Assembly: GCA_028691955.1 (NCBI GenBank)
Contig: JAQUYH010000007.1
Span: 745-64,744 of the forward strand
DNA length: 64,000 nucleotides
DNA from: Bacilli bacterium
Lineage (GTDB): Bacteria > Bacillota_I > Bacilli_A > RF39 > UBA660
Reading direction: 5' to 3'
The stretch's first letter is position 1; every line of letters begins with the position of its first letter. The notes beneath the pieces are model-generated. The model saw only the letters and a program-made list of their open reading frames with translations, was not told where the DNA came from and ran no database searches. The translations under genes and the position numbers were made by a program. Below are positions 28,601 to 39,894 of this stretch, piece after piece.

Positions 28601-29305
28601 GCAACTCCAGTATTTGAAGGAGCTAATAGAACTGAAATAGTAGATGCTCTAAAAGAAGCAGGACTAGATGAAGATGGAAAATCATGGCTATATGATGGTA
28701 GAACTGGTGAAAGATTTGATCACAGAATATCTGTTGGTGTAATGTATATGATTAAGCTGCACCACATGGTTGATGATAAATTACATGCTAGATCTACTGG
28801 CCCATATTCATTAGTAACGCAACAACCTCTTGGAGGAAAAGCCCAATTTGGTGGTCAGAGATTTGGAGAAATGGAAGTTTGGGCATTATATGCCTATGGT
28901 GCTGCCCATGTTCTTCAAGAAATGATGACCGTTAAATCAGATGACGTTGTAGGACGTGTAAAAGTATATGAAGCATTAGTTAAGGGTAATCCAATCCCAG
29001 GATCTGGTATTCCAGAAAGCTTTAAAGTATTAACTAAAGAATTCCAAGCTTTAGGACTTGATATAACAGTTCTAACTGAAGATGGTAGCTACGTTGAACT
29101 TGAAGAACTAGAAGAAACAGATAAAGATGCACCTATATCTACTGATGAAATAGATAAAGAAATAGATGTAACACCAGTTTCAACTGAAGATGATAAAGAA
29201 ATAGATGAAGAACTTCAAAAAGAAGAAGAAATGTATGAAGAAGACTTCAAAGAAAATGATTTAGATAATATTGAATTTGATGATAATGAGGGGGATGAAA
29301 AATAA
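25691..29305 (+). CDS. rpoB: DNA-directed RNA polymerase subunit beta
   Basis: Conserved throughout. Start placed at the GTG at 25691, 8 nt after AGGGGTG; the in-frame GTG at 25682 is the alternative. Confidence 0.95.
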   Translation: MAYTIKKFGDHRERRNYAKTKNTLELGNLLEIQKKSYEWFITEGIKEVFEDIFPVEDFSGKLILDFGDFSFEKPRYSIKGCKERYATYAAPLTVEARLFNQETGEVKEQSIYLGDMPIMTETGTFIVNGAERVIVSQLVRSPSAYYGKEIDKNGRLVITSQIIPTRGTWLEYELDARNIVYVRIDRTRKVPITTLLRAIGLNSDEDITSLFGENEYIIRTIEKDTNKNTDESLIDIHSKLRPGEPSTLDSAKNQLISRFFDAFRYDLAKVGRYKFNKKLNVADRLLGTVLAEDIKEGKKVLFAKETEITKDVLEAMKPVLESGYGVKEVPVNEELDTFNKVQVIKVHTKENPEKVINIIGNDQTITVKRLTISDIYASVSYYLNLLDGIGSFDEIDHLSNRRVRQVGELLQNQFRIGISRIERVIRDRMSTQEITEVTPKSLINIRPLTASMKEFFGSSQLSQFMDQTNPVAELTNKRRLTSLGPGGLARDRAGMEVRDVNPSHYGRLCPIESPEGQNIGLITSLASYAKVNEYGFIMTPYRKVVDKKVTDEIVYMTADEEIDYYISQATIKISDNNEILEEKAPVRYRGENVIVDASQIDYVDVSPQQVVSITTAGIPFLEHDDGKRALMGANMQRQAIPLLKPEAPRVGTGIEAISARDSGAVVLCKADGVVTYVDSKKIVVKTVGGEDTYYLNGFERSNASTCYHQIPIVKKGDKVYKDEVIGDGPSTEQGEMALGKNVKVAFMNYNGYNYEDAVILNERLVKDDAYTSIHIERYQIECRDTKLGPEEFTRDIPNIGEDARKNLDEFGIIRIGTEVKDDDILIGKVTPKGVAELTSEEKLLHAIFGEKAREVRDTSLRVPHGGEGIVHDVKIFTKADTDELPAGVSKIAHVYIAQKRKISVGDKMAGRHGNKGVISLILPEEDMPYLPNGETVDILLNPLGVPSRMNIGQILEMHLGYAAKELGIYVATPVFEGANRTEIVDALKEAGLDEDGKSWLYDGRTGERFDHRISVGVMYMIKLHHMVDDKLHARSTGPYSLVTQQPLGGKAQFGGQRFGEMEVWALYAYGAAHVLQEMMTVKSDDVVGRVKVYEALVKGNPIPGSGIPESFKVLTKEFQALGLDITVLTEDGSYVELEELEETDKDAPISTDEIDKEIDVTPVSTEDDKEIDEELQKEEEMYEEDFKENDLDNIEFDDNEGDEK

Positions 29306-32300
29306 TGGATGTAAACAATTTCGAAGGATTAAAAATTGCCATCGCATCACCTGAAAAAATAAGATCTTGGTCTCATGGAGAAGTAAAGAAAGCTGAAACA
29401 ATCAACTATCGTACTTTAAAGCCAGAAAGAGACGGATTATTTTGTGAAAGAATATTCGGACCAACTAAAGATTTTGAATGTTCTTGTGGAAAATATAAAA
29501 GATTAAGATATAAAAATATTGTTTGTGATAAATGTGGAGTAGAAGTAACTAGAGCTAAAGTACGTCGTGAACGTATGGGCCATATTGAACTTGCTACTCC
29601 AGTAAGTCACATTTGGTTCTTTAAAGGAGTTCCTTCTAGAATGGGATTAGTATTAGATATGTCTCCAAGAGATTTGGAAGAAGTTTTATACTTTGTTAGC
29701 TATGTAGTATTAGATCCAGGAGCCGCACCATTAGAAAAAAAGCAAACTATTTCTGATAAAGAATACCGTGCATATTATGAAAAATATGGTAATACTTTTA
29801 GAGTAGGTATGGGTGCTGAAGCCATAAAAGAACTATTAAAACAAGTAGATATTGATAAAGAAGTAAATCAAATCAAAGAAGAAATCGATGAAATAAAAGA
29901 TTCTACCTCACAAAAAAGAATTCGTTTAGTAAAAAGACTAGATGTTTTAAGTGCTTTCCAAGAATCTGGAAACAAGCCAGAGTGGATGATACTAGATGTA
30001 CTTCCAGTAATCCCACCAGAACTTCGCCCAATGATTCAATTAGATGGTGGTAGATTTGCAACATCTGATTTAAATGATTTATATAGAAGAGTAATTAACA
30101 GAAATAATCGTTTGAAAAAACTTATTGAATTAGGAGCTCCATCTATTATCATTCAAAATGAAAAACGTATGTTACAAGAATCAGTCGATGCCTTATTTGA
30201 TAATGGTCGTCGTGGAAGAAATGTAACAGGAGCAGGTAATAGACCACTTAAGTCATTATCCTCAATGCTAAAAGGAAAACAAGGACGTTTCCGTCAAAAT
30301 TTATTAGGAAAACGTGTTGACTATTCAGGACGTTCAGTTATCGTTGTTGGACCAAACTTAAAAATGTATGAGTGCGGTATTCCAAAAGAAATGGCCCTTG
30401 AATTATTCAAACCACATGTAATAAATGGATTAGTTTCAAAAGAAATCGCTCCAAATATTAAAGCAGCAAAGAGAATGATTGAAAATCAAGATCCTAGAGT
30501 TTGGGATATTGTAGAAGAAAAAATAAAAGAGCATCCAGTTATGTTAAACCGTGCTCCTACACTACATAGACTTGGTATTCAAGCATTCGAACCTAAATTA
30601 ATAGATGGTAGAACAATTAGACTTCATCCACTTGTATGTACAGCATTTAATGCTGACTTTGATGGAGACCAGATGGCTGTTCACGTACCAATTAGTACAG
30701 AAGCTCAAGCAGAAGCAAGACTTTTAATGCTAGGTGCTAATAACATTCTAAAGCCATCAGACGGTAAACCAATCGTTACGCCAAGCCAGGATATGGTTTT
30801 AGGTAACTATTATTTAACAATTGAAACAAAAGAATTACCAGGAGAAGGTAGAGTATTTAAAGATGAAAACGAAGCATTAATGGCTTATGAAAGAAGAGAA
30901 GTAACACTTCATACAAGAATTGTATTACCTGTTAAATCATTTAGACATAAAATATTTGCAGATAAATATTTAGATAAATACCTAATCACAACTCCAGGAA
31001 AATTAATTTTCAATCAAATTTTTCCAGATACATTCCAATATATTGCAGATGGATCTAGTGAAAACATAGAATCAATTACTCCAGCAAAATACTTCGCTGA
31101 TAAAGGAACTGATTTAAAAGACTTCATTAATAAACTAGATACTGTTTCTCCATTTAATAAGAGTGTTTTAGGAAAACTGATTGCACAAATTTATAAAAGA
31201 TATCAAACTACTGAAACATCAGTAATGCTTGATAAATTAAAAGATTTAGGATTTAAATATTCTACATTATCAGGTATATCTATTGCTATTAGTGATATCA
31301 AAGAGAGTGAGATTAAACCAGAAGTTATTAAAGAAAGCAACGAAATGGTTGATACAATTAATAAACAATTTAAACGTGGTTTAATCACAGAACAAGAAAG
31401 ATATAATAAAGTAATAGAAGTTTGGTCAAAAGCAAAAAATAGAATTTCTGATGAACTTACAGAAATGGTTAATAAAGATAAAGAAAACTCAATATCAATG
31501 ATGATTGATTCAAAAGCTCGTGGTGATATTAAATCATTAACGCAGCTAGTTGGTATGAGAGGATTATTTACAAAACCAGATGGAAGTCAAGTAGAAATTC
31601 CAGTTACATCATCATTTAGTGAAGGTGTTACTATTAGTGAATTCTTCTTATCAACACATGGTGCTAGAAAAGGAGCTGTTGATACAGCCTTAAAGACAGC
31701 CGATGCTGGATACTTAACAAGAAGACTAGTAGATGTAGTACAAGATATTATTGTTAAAGAAGACGATTGTGGTACAACGCAAGGTGTTACTGTTAAATCT
31801 TTCATAAATGAAAAAGATAATACTGTTATCGAATCATTTAAAGAAAGAATAATTGGTAGATATACAAATACTAAAGTATTAAATCCAACAACAAAAGAAG
31901 TAGTTGCTGAAAGAAATACTTATATTACAGAATCTTTAGCTGATAAAATTTGTAAATTAGGTATAGAAGAATTATCAATAAGAACAGTTCTTACATGTAA
32001 ATCAGAGCATGGTTGCTGTAAGAAATGTTATGGTAGAAACTTAGCAACAGGTTCAGTTGTTGAAATAGGTGAAGCTGTAGGTATAATGGCAGCTCAATCA
32101 ATTGGTGAACCAGGTACACAGTTAACCATGAGAAACTTTAATACAGGTGGAGTTGCAGGTGGCGATGATATCACACAAGGTCTTCCTCGTGTTCAAGAAT
32201 TATTTGAAGCTAGAAATCCAAAAGGAAAAGCAACAATATCTGAAATTAAAGGTAAAGTTACAAAGATTGAAGAAGAAAATGGTAAATTTACAATTACAGT

Positions 32301-32943
32301 ATCTAACGATGCTGAAACAAAACATCATATATCAAACTATGGAGCTAAATTAGCCGTAGCAATAGATGATGAAGTAATAGCAGGACAAAGATTAACTCAT
32401 GGAGCTATCAGTCCAAAAGAATTACTTGTTGTAACTGATCCAATTACTGTTCAACAATATATTTTACTTGAAATTCAAAAAGTTTACCGTAGTCAAGGTG
32501 TTGATATATCTGATAAACACGTTGAAGTAATGGCAAAAAGAATGATTTCTAAAATTAAGATAATTAATAGTGGAGATTCATTATTCTTGCCAGGAACAAT
32601 GATAAATATTAATGAATTTACTGATACAAATAAAAAGTTAATTCTAGAAGGAAAAGCTCCTGCTACAGGTAGACCAGTACTTTTAGGTATAACAAAAGCA
32701 TCACTTGAAACAGATTCATTCCTATCAGCTGCATCATTCCAAGAGACAACAAGAATTTTAACAGATGCTGCAATACATGGAAAAGTAGATCATTTAAATG
32801 GTTTAAAAGAAAATGTTATAATTGGTAAATTAATACCAGCAGGAACTGGAGCAAAGGAATATAAAAAAGCTGAATATAGTATGGAATTTAACATGCTAAA
32901 AGATGAACCACTTGAAGTATTAGAACAAGAATTAATGGATTAA
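29305..32943 (+). CDS. rpoC: DNA-directed RNA polymerase subunit beta'
   Basis: Conserved, including NADFDGD. Its ATG overlaps the rpoB stop. Confidence 0.95.
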   Translation: MDVNNFEGLKIAIASPEKIRSWSHGEVKKAETINYRTLKPERDGLFCERIFGPTKDFECSCGKYKRLRYKNIVCDKCGVEVTRAKVRRERMGHIELATPVSHIWFFKGVPSRMGLVLDMSPRDLEEVLYFVSYVVLDPGAAPLEKKQTISDKEYRAYYEKYGNTFRVGMGAEAIKELLKQVDIDKEVNQIKEEIDEIKDSTSQKRIRLVKRLDVLSAFQESGNKPEWMILDVLPVIPPELRPMIQLDGGRFATSDLNDLYRRVINRNNRLKKLIELGAPSIIIQNEKRMLQESVDALFDNGRRGRNVTGAGNRPLKSLSSMLKGKQGRFRQNLLGKRVDYSGRSVIVVGPNLKMYECGIPKEMALELFKPHVINGLVSKEIAPNIKAAKRMIENQDPRVWDIVEEKIKEHPVMLNRAPTLHRLGIQAFEPKLIDGRTIRLHPLVCTAFNADFDGDQMAVHVPISTEAQAEARLLMLGANNILKPSDGKPIVTPSQDMVLGNYYLTIETKELPGEGRVFKDENEALMAYERREVTLHTRIVLPVKSFRHKIFADKYLDKYLITTPGKLIFNQIFPDTFQYIADGSSENIESITPAKYFADKGTDLKDFINKLDTVSPFNKSVLGKLIAQIYKRYQTTETSVMLDKLKDLGFKYSTLSGISIAISDIKESEIKPEVIKESNEMVDTINKQFKRGLITEQERYNKVIEVWSKAKNRISDELTEMVNKDKENSISMMIDSKARGDIKSLTQLVGMRGLFTKPDGSQVEIPVTSSFSEGVTISEFFLSTHGARKGAVDTALKTADAGYLTRRLVDVVQDIIVKEDDCGTTQGVTVKSFINEKDNTVIESFKERIIGRYTNTKVLNPTTKEVVAERNTYITESLADKICKLGIEELSIRTVLTCKSEHGCCKKCYGRNLATGSVVEIGEAVGIMAAQSIGEPGTQLTMRNFNTGGVAGGDDITQGLPRVQELFEARNPKGKATISEIKGKVTKIEEENGKFTITVSNDAETKHHISNYGAKLAVAIDDEVIAGQRLTHGAISPKELLVVTDPITVQQYILLEIQKVYRSQGVDISDKHVEVMAKRMISKIKIINSGDSLFLPGTMININEFTDTNKKLILEGKAPATGRPVLLGITKASLETDSFLSAASFQETTRILTDAAIHGKVDHLNGLKENVIIGKLIPAGTGAKEYKKAEYSMEFNMLKDEPLEVLEQELMD

Positions 32944-32945
32944 AG

Positions 32946-32970
32946 AGGAATTTTATTCCTCTTTTAGTTT
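32946..32970 (+). terminator. Rho-independent terminator after rpoC
   Basis: AGAGGAAT-TTTA-TTCCTCT followed by a T run. Confidence 0.8.
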
Positions 32971-33055
32971 GAAATAATAGAAATACTATTAAATAACAGG
33001 ATTATAGATTTAGATTAACTATATGCATATCTTGACAGTGAAAAAAGAGCCTAAA

Positions 33056-33898
33056 TTAAGACCCTTTTTGAATTCTATAAAAATTAAATGATGGCTTATC
33101 AAATAACCTTACTTTATACCAAGTAGTACCTAAACCACTACTAATATATAAATCAGTATTATTTACTTTATAATATGAATCATAATACTTTTTCGCACCA
33201 ATTACCTTAACTAATGCTCCAACAAAAGGAAGCCTAACTTGTCCTCCGTGAGAGTGACCAGATAAAACTAAATTAAAAGTATTACTTTGAATATTATCTA
33301 TAAAATCAGGCTCATGCATTAATAAAATCTTATATTGAATACTATTAGTACTTAAAAATTCATAAGTACTTTTTAATTTTTCATCTATTGAAGCAGTATC
33401 TAATAAATTAGAAGTAACTCCGGCTATTAGTATAGGATTATTATTTTTATTATAAATTAATTCATAAGTATTATTTAAAACTTCAAATCCAGATTGATCC
33501 ATTATATTATCAAAATTACTTATATCATGGTTACCACTTACAGCATATTTACCTAAAGAAGCATTAATGCTTTTTAACAAATTAATTAAAGCACTTTTTT
33601 CGTCATCGGTAATAGAAACTTTTTTATCAACTAAATCGCCTGTAAAAACAACAATGTCAGGTTTAATAAAATTGATTTTATCAACAACTTCTTCTAATTT
33701 ATCAGAATTAATAGTCATACCATAATGTAAATCAGAAAAATGAACAATTTTTAATCCATCAAAATTATCACTAATTTGAACACTAATTCCATATTCTTTA
33801 ACAACAAGTCCTTTTGTTCCAATAAATCTAGCCCACAATAAAACCGACAAAAAAAGGATAAAAGTTACAATAAAACCAATTATGATTTTCTTTTTCAT
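33056..33898 (-). CDS. Membrane-anchored metallophosphoesterase (YkuE-like)
   Basis: N-terminal TM helix, then HFSDLH, GDLVD, GNHD and GHSHGGQ. Confidence 0.7.
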   Translation of the reverse strand: MKKKIIIGFIVTFILFLSVLLWARFIGTKGLVVKEYGISVQISDNFDGLKIVHFSDLHYGMTINSDKLEEVVDKINFIKPDIVVFTGDLVDKKVSITDDEKSALINLLKSINASLGKYAVSGNHDISNFDNIMDQSGFEVLNNTYELIYNKNNNPILIAGVTSNLLDTASIDEKLKSTYEFLSTNSIQYKILLMHEPDFIDNIQSNTFNLVLSGHSHGGQVRLPFVGALVKVIGAKKYYDSYYKVNNTDLYISSGLGTTWYKVRLFDKPSFNFYRIQKGS

Positions 33899-33910
33899 AA
33901 ATTATCCTTT

Positions 33911-34627
33911 CTACATTAAAAATAAAACTAAAAACTGCAATCCTATTAACAACCCATTATGAAACATATGCATAAATACTGAATTAAATAGATTATCACT
34001 GTCTGCGAATATATAAGCAAATACAACACCAGGAACAGCATAAGGTATAAAAAATAAGTAATCTGTTAAAACTTCTACTTGACCAAAAATATGAGCAAAA
34101 CCAAATACAATTCCAGACATTATAATAAATAATATTTTAGTTTTAAATATTTTTCTGATCGAAAGCCTAAACACTATTTCTTCCACAAAAGGAGCAATAA
34201 CAACACTAGCAATATAAACATAGATTGGACTTTTATTAAATAAATCCCTAACCCCTTGCTCATTGTTAGCAATTTGACCATTAGTAATTAAAGTAATAAT
34301 TCCATTAAAGAATATTACTAAAAAGATCATCAAAAACCACAATTTAAAATATTTTTTAAAATAAGCAGTTTTATTCTTCTTAAAATCAATAAAATCTTTA
34401 GTTAACTTTTTTCTATATATGAAAAATAATATTGACGCAAATATAAATTGATAGGTAATAATATATATAATTCTATATACTAAACTTAAATCAGTTATTG
34501 AACTTCCAAATACATTAAAAGGTATATCAATAAAAAAATTTGATAAATAAAATAATATTAAAACTCCAAAACCAATTCCCGCACTTCTTAAATCTCTTTT
34601 AAACTCATCATAACTTAGCATCTCCAC
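33911..34627 (-). CDS. CPBP family intramembrane metalloprotease (CAAX protease-like)
   Basis: EEIVFR, FGFAH and HMFHN motifs in a polytopic membrane protein. Confidence 0.7.
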   Translation of the reverse strand: MEMLSYDEFKRDLRSAGIGFGVLILFYLSNFFIDIPFNVFGSSITDLSLVYRIIYIITYQFIFASILFFIYRKKLTKDFIDFKKNKTAYFKKYFKLWFLMIFLVIFFNGIITLITNGQIANNEQGVRDLFNKSPIYVYIASVVIAPFVEEIVFRLSIRKIFKTKILFIIMSGIVFGFAHIFGQVEVLTDYLFFIPYAVPGVVFAYIFADSDNLFNSVFMHMFHNGLLIGLQFLVLFLM

Positions 34628-34734
34628 TATATCATCTCCATTATAATTATAACAAATAAATCAAAAAAAAAATAATAAAGTTGATAAAAACTTAAAATAA
34701 TGATAAAATATTGTATATATAAGTAGGTGAGATT

Positions 34735-34977
34735 ATGGACAAAACCAAGGTATATGATAACAATGAATTTGAAGAAGCTTTAGTTGAGCAGACGGTAAAA
34801 GAAGTTTATGAAATTCTAGAGGATTGTGGATATAACCCTGTTAATCAAATTGTTGGGTACATAATAAGTGGAGATCCTGGCTATATATCAAGTCATAAAG
34901 AAGCAAGAAAGAAAATACAAGCATTTGATAGAAATCAATTACTAGCCGTTATTTTAAAAAGGTTTATGAAGAAATGA
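34735..34977 (+). CDS. IreB family regulatory phosphoprotein (UPF0297)
   Basis: 80 aa. Sits at the conserved position upstream of ruvX. Confidence 0.7.
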   Translation: MDKTKVYDNNEFEEALVEQTVKEVYEILEDCGYNPVNQIVGYIISGDPGYISSHKEARKKIQAFDRNQLLAVILKRFMKK

Positions 34978-35393
34978 GATATATTGGATTAGATTTAGGA
35001 ACTAAAACACTTGGAATATCAATAAGTGATATTACTAAAATGATAGCTTCAACATATACTACTATTAGGTATGATGGAGACACGACTAATTTAATAGAAC
35101 ACTTAGATAAAATAATTCAAGAAGAAAAAATAGAAAAAATAATTCTAGGTTTTCCAAAAAACATGAATAATTCTGTAGGTGATAGAGGAAATGCTTCATT
35201 AGAATTTAAATCATTATTGGAAAATAAATTCAATATACCTGTTATAATGCAAGATGAAAGGCTATCAACCAAAGAGGCGACTAACTACTTGGTACAAGCT
35301 GATATGTCGAGAAAGAAAAGAAAAAAAGTAATTGACAGTGTTGCTGCTAATATAATACTTCAAACATATTTAGATAAAGAAAGAGGAAATTAA
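34974..35393 (+). CDS. ruvX: Putative pre-16S rRNA nuclease / Holliday junction resolvase YqgF
   Basis: MRYIGLDLGTKTLGISISD. Confidence 0.85.
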   Translation: MRYIGLDLGTKTLGISISDITKMIASTYTTIRYDGDTTNLIEHLDKIIQEEKIEKIILGFPKNMNNSVGDRGNASLEFKSLLENKFNIPVIMQDERLSTKEATNYLVQADMSRKKRKKVIDSVAANIILQTYLDKERGN

Positions 35394-35394
35394 T

Positions 35395-35694
35395 ATGGAA
35401 CAAAAAAGAATGACATTTAAGGTTACAAACGAAGAGGGAAAAGAAGTAGAATGTGAAGTATTATTTACATTTGAAAGTGACGAAACAAAGAAAAATTATA
35501 TGGTTTATACAGATAATACACTAGACCAAGATGGTAATACAAAAGTATATGCTTCTACTTACAATCCAGATGAAGAAGAAACAACATTATTACCAATTGA
35601 AACAGAAAAAGAATGGAAAATAATTGAGACAATATTAAATGAAATTCAAACTGAAGTAAAGAATAGTGCTAATGCTGATGGAGAAGGCGAGTAG
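35395..35694 (+). CDS. DUF1292 (UPF0473) family protein
   Basis: Small acidic protein at the conserved position between yqgF and mltG. Confidence 0.6.
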   Translation: MEQKRMTFKVTNEEGKEVECEVLFTFESDETKKNYMVYTDNTLDQDGNTKVYASTYNPDEEETTLLPIETEKEWKIIETILNEIQTEVKNSANADGEGE

Positions 35695-35713
35695 AAATAC
35701 TCCTTTTTGATAT

Positions 35714-36781
35714 ATGAAAAAATTAGTAATAGCTCTATTATCCTTCTTATTAATCATTATAGGTATATTTTTAATTATCTTTTTTGTTGAAACTAGCCCT
35801 GTGAGCAGAAATGAAGAAGTTTTAGATTTTGAAGTAACATCTGGAAGTACATATCTAACTATAGCTGACGAATTAAAACAAGATAACTTAATTAGATCAG
35901 TATTCTTTTACAAGTTATATATAAAATTAATGAATCCAAAACCAATCCAAGCAGGCAAATATGGCTTATCAGAATCTATGTCTGTGACAAATATTATAAA
36001 CACTTTATCTTTAGGTAGCAATTATAACCCAGATGCAGTAAAATTTACAATTCCAGAAGGAAAAACATTAACTGAAATTGCTTCAATAATAAGTGATGCA
36101 ACTAATTATACAAGTGATGAACTTTTAGAAGTTTGGAATAGTTCTTCTTTTGTAAACGAAGTAATAGAAAATTATTGGTTTGTAACAGATGCTGTCAAAG
36201 AAGAAGGAATAGCATATTCTTTAGAAGGATATCTATTTCCAGATACTTATGAAATACTAAATAAAGACGTTGATATAAAATCCATTGCCTATAAAATGTT
36301 AGATAGAATGGATGAAGTCCTTTTAGGATATAAAGATGAAATAGAATCATCCGATTATACTATTCATGAGTTGCTAACACTAGCTAGTATGGCAGAAGAA
36401 GAAGGAATTACAGCTTCAGATAGAGCTTTAATAACAGGAGTATTCTATAATAGATTAAATCTAGGAATGGCTTTAGGAAGTGATGTTACATCTTATTATG
36501 GATATCAAGTTAAACTAGGCCATGAATTAAGCAAAGAAGAAAAGACTGATGCATTATATGATGAAAATTTATACAATACAAGAAACTACGTAACCGCACT
36601 ACCAGTTGGACCAATATGTAGCCCAAGCGCATCTTCTATAGAGGCTGCAATAAACCCAACAGAGAATGATTATTTATATTTTATCGCTAACACTTGCGAT
36701 GATAATGACAGTAAAACGTATTTTGCAGAAACATACGAAGAACACTTAGCTCTTGTAGCTGAATATTTGACATGTGAATAA
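35714..36781 (+). CDS. mltG: Endolytic murein transglycosylase MltG (YceG family)
   Basis: N-terminal TM helix followed by a YceG-like domain. Confidence 0.8.
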   Translation: MKKLVIALLSFLLIIIGIFLIIFFVETSPVSRNEEVLDFEVTSGSTYLTIADELKQDNLIRSVFFYKLYIKLMNPKPIQAGKYGLSESMSVTNIINTLSLGSNYNPDAVKFTIPEGKTLTEIASIISDATNYTSDELLEVWNSSSFVNEVIENYWFVTDAVKEEGIAYSLEGYLFPDTYEILNKDVDIKSIAYKMLDRMDEVLLGYKDEIESSDYTIHELLTLASMAEEEGITASDRALITGVFYNRLNLGMALGSDVTSYYGYQVKLGHELSKEEKTDALYDENLYNTRNYVTALPVGPICSPSASSIEAAINPTENDYLYFIANTCDDNDSKTYFAETYEEHLALVAEYLTCE

Positions 36782-36809
36782 AAAAAGACTAGAATTTCTA
36801 GTCTTTTTT
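36781..36809. terminator. Bidirectional terminator (mltG / uppP convergent)
   Basis: AAGACTAGAA-ATT-TCTAGTCTT flanked by A6 and T6. Confidence 0.8.
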
Positions 36810-37617
36810 ACATGAATAATATTACTAAAGTACCAATCACTAGGCAATAATAAACAAAATATATTAATTTACCATCTCTAACAAGATTTCTAAACCATTT
36901 TGTACTGAAATAAGTAACAACCATAGAAACTAAAGTAGCGACGACATAAAAGAAAATCAAACTGCCACTTAAACTTGTTTCTATCAAATCTTTAATTCCT
37001 ACTATCATACTAGCTAAAGTAATTGGAATATATAACATAAAAGAAAACTTAAATGCCACATCTCTTTTTAGGTGTTCTTTCATTCCGCCTACAATAGTAG
37101 CGCCGCTTCTGCTAATTCCAGGAAGTAGCGCTACCACTTGAAATAAACCAATAACTAATGCATTTTTATAAGTTATCTCTTCATCACTTCGTCTACCTTT
37201 TAAATCTTTAATTAAGTACAAAAATAAAGCTGTAATTAAAAGAGTAACTCCAACAAATTTCATATTGTTTTCCAAAAAATCAAACACTTTAAGCTTAACA
37301 ACAACCACGCCCATTATGGCAGCTGGAATTGTTCCAATAACAATTGATAAACAATATTTATAACTATTATAATAATTTTTATCTTTATTTTTAAAATATT
37401 TAAAGAAGTCTTTAATTAACTCTATTATATCTTTTCGAAATAAAAATACAATAGCAATAAAGCTTCCAAAATTGGTTAAAATAGAAAGTGTTTCAAAATC
37501 AACATTCATCTCACCCAATAGTTTTTGAATAATAAGTAAGTGTCCACTAGAACTTACTGGTATTGGTTCGGTAAATCCTTGAATAAATCCTAAAAAAATA
37601 TATTTAATTAAATCCAT
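36808..37617 (-). CDS. uppP: Undecaprenyl-diphosphate phosphatase
   Basis: BacA family (FIQGFTEPIPVSSSGHL). Confidence 0.85.
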   Translation of the reverse strand: MDLIKYIFLGFIQGFTEPIPVSSSGHLLIIQKLLGEMNVDFETLSILTNFGSFIAIVFLFRKDIIELIKDFFKYFKNKDKNYYNSYKYCLSIVIGTIPAAIMGVVVVKLKVFDFLENNMKFVGVTLLITALFLYLIKDLKGRRSDEEITYKNALVIGLFQVVALLPGISRSGATIVGGMKEHLKRDVAFKFSFMLYIPITLASMIVGIKDLIETSLSGSLIFFYVVATLVSMVVTYFSTKWFRNLVRDGKLIYFVYYCLVIGTLVILFM

Positions 37618-37714
37618 ATAATCACCTTAATACATTATACGCTATTACATTAAATTAGTAAATATTAATGTGTTTACTACAAAAAACAGAGCAAAAATGA
37701 TAAAATAAATATAG

Positions 37715-38938
37715 GTGAATATTATGAAAGATATTAATATAACTTCCTTAGATCATTTTGGAAGAGGAGTAGGAAAAATAGACGATAAAATAATTTTTGT
37801 AGAAAATGCTTTACCAGGTGAAATAGTAGATATAAATGTTACTAAAGAAAAAAAGAACTATATTGAAGCCGAAGTATCAAACTATAAAACGTTAAGTAAA
37901 GATAGAGAAGAAGCAAAATGCCCATACTATAAAGAATGTGGTGGGTGCAATATAATGCATATGCCATATTCTAAACAGTTAGAATTTAAAGAGAATAAAA
38001 TAAAAGAAATAATTAATAAGTTTTTAAATTTTCCCATAAGCATTAATCCCATTATAAATAGTGAAGAATATTACTATCGGAATAAGATAACTTTGCAAAT
38101 TAAAAATAAAATTGGTTTGTACAAAAAGAAAAGCTATGATTTAGTAAATATAGATAACTGCATTATTACAGATAATAGGGTAAAAGAGGTAATAAATAGA
38201 TTAAATGATTTAGATCTATCAAATATAGAACAAATAGTAATAAGATTTTCTGATAATGAGACCATGATAGTTATTTCATCTTTAAAAGAAATTAATTTTA
38301 AAAATTTTATTTCCCAATTAAAAGATGTTTGTACATCTATAATAGTAAAACATAAAAATAATTACACAACTATTTATGGAAATGATTATATAATTCTAAA
38401 ATTAAATAATTATAATTTTAAAGTATCAGCAGAGTCTTTCTTTCAAGTTAATACCAACCAAGCTATAAAAATGTATGACCTAATTAAAAAGTATGCAAAA
38501 GGTTCTAAGAATGTATTAGATTTATACTGTGGAACAGGTTCAATTGGAATTTATGCCAGTGATGTTGTAGAAAATATAACGGGAATAGAAATTAATAAAT
38601 ATGCTATAGAGGATGCCATAGAAAATGCAAAATTTAATAATATAAACAATATTAAATTTATTTGTGGAGATGTAAAAAATAATCTTAAAGAGTTTAAAAA
38701 TATTGATGTCATTATAGTAGATCCACCAAGAAGTGGGCTAGATAAAGAAGCAATTGATAATATTTTAAAGCTTTCTCCTAATAAAATTGTATATGTTTCA
38801 TGTGACCCGATAACTTTATCAAGAGATCTAAAAATACTGTCTGAATTTTACAACATAGAGGAAATAACACCAATTGATATGTTTCCAAATACTTATCATG
38901 TGGAAAGTGTAACGATATTAAATAGAAAAAGGAGATGA
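37715..38938 (+). CDS. rlmD: 23S rRNA (uracil-5-)-methyltransferase, RumA/RlmD family
   Basis: TRAM domain, Cys cluster (CPYYKECGGCN) and SAM-MTase motifs (LDLYCGTGSIG, DPPRSG). Confidence 0.8.
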   Translation: MNIMKDINITSLDHFGRGVGKIDDKIIFVENALPGEIVDINVTKEKKNYIEAEVSNYKTLSKDREEAKCPYYKECGGCNIMHMPYSKQLEFKENKIKEIINKFLNFPISINPIINSEEYYYRNKITLQIKNKIGLYKKKSYDLVNIDNCIITDNRVKEVINRLNDLDLSNIEQIVIRFSDNETMIVISSLKEINFKNFISQLKDVCTSIIVKHKNNYTTIYGNDYIILKLNNYNFKVSAESFFQVNTNQAIKMYDLIKKYAKGSKNVLDLYCGTGSIGIYASDVVENITGIEINKYAIEDAIENAKFNNINNIKFICGDVKNNLKEFKNIDVIIVDPPRSGLDKEAIDNILKLSPNKIVYVSCDPITLSRDLKILSEFYNIEEITPIDMFPNTYHVESVTILNRKRR

Positions 38939-38942
38939 TTTT

Positions 38943-39806
38943 ATGATATACGTAAAACAATTTAAACTACTAAAAGAAGAGCAAGAGTCATATGTCTCTG
39001 GATCAGACCCTAGAAAAATATACGTTAGTTATTATCCATTAGGGATTTTTTCCTTCAAGAGATTTTATAAAATTGAATTTGAAAATATTACTATTTTTTA
39101 TGGTGGAAATGGTTCTGGCAAAACAACATTACTAAATATAATAAGCCAGAAACTTAATGCAACAAGAAAATCCTCTATTGATAAAGGAAACTATTTTGAC
39201 ATATATGTAGGTTATTGCCAATATGAAATGACAAGGGAAAAGCCAAATGAAATAAAAAGAATTACAAGTGATGACATTTTTGATTATCTATTAGACATAC
39301 GTTCTATCAATAAACACGTTAATAGAAGAAAAGAAGAAATTGGAAAAGACTATGTTGATTACAAATATTCATTAAACTCTAATGCAATTTCCATAGAAGA
39401 CTATGAACAAATAAAGAATGCCAATGAAGCTAGAAAAAAAACAATGTCATCTTTTATAAGAAATAGGTTAACGAATAACAATATTATTGAACAATCCAAT
39501 GGAGAATCGGCTTTAATGTTTTGGGAAAAAGAAATAACAGAAAATAGCGTTTATATATTAGATGAACCTGAAAACAGTTTATCAGCCGAAAATCAAATAA
39601 AATTAAAACAGTTTATAGAAGAATCATCACGATTTTATAATTGTCAATTTATAATATCGACTCATTCACCATTCTTATTGGGATTAAAAGATGCCAAAAT
39701 ATATGATTTAGATGAAATACCAGTTAAAGATAAAAAATGGTCAGAGCTAAAAAATGTAAAAATTTATTATGACTTCTTTAAAGAAAACGAAAAAGATTTT
39801 GAATAA
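38943..39806 (+). CDS. AAA_21/ABC-like ATPase
   Basis: Walker A GGNGSGKTT, Walker B ILDEPE and STHSP. Confidence 0.6.
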   Translation: MIYVKQFKLLKEEQESYVSGSDPRKIYVSYYPLGIFSFKRFYKIEFENITIFYGGNGSGKTTLLNIISQKLNATRKSSIDKGNYFDIYVGYCQYEMTREKPNEIKRITSDDIFDYLLDIRSINKHVNRRKEEIGKDYVDYKYSLNSNAISIEDYEQIKNANEARKKTMSSFIRNRLTNNNIIEQSNGESALMFWEKEITENSVYILDEPENSLSAENQIKLKQFIEESSRFYNCQFIISTHSPFLLGLKDAKIYDLDEIPVKDKKWSELKNVKIYYDFFKENEKDFE

Positions 39807-39894
39807 TAAAAAATAAATAATTTTTTATTAGAATTGTATAAAACAATACAATATGTTATATTATTTAAGATAAGAAGATATTGAGGTATGCGAT

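Noticed and set aside
25051-32353. Antisense and internal small ORFs within ybxB, rpoB and rpoC (e.g. 26398-26583, 31203-31388, 31587-31805, 32147-32353)
   Set aside because: They are embedded in highly conserved genes on the wrong frame or strand, with no RBS. These are AT-rich chance ORFs.
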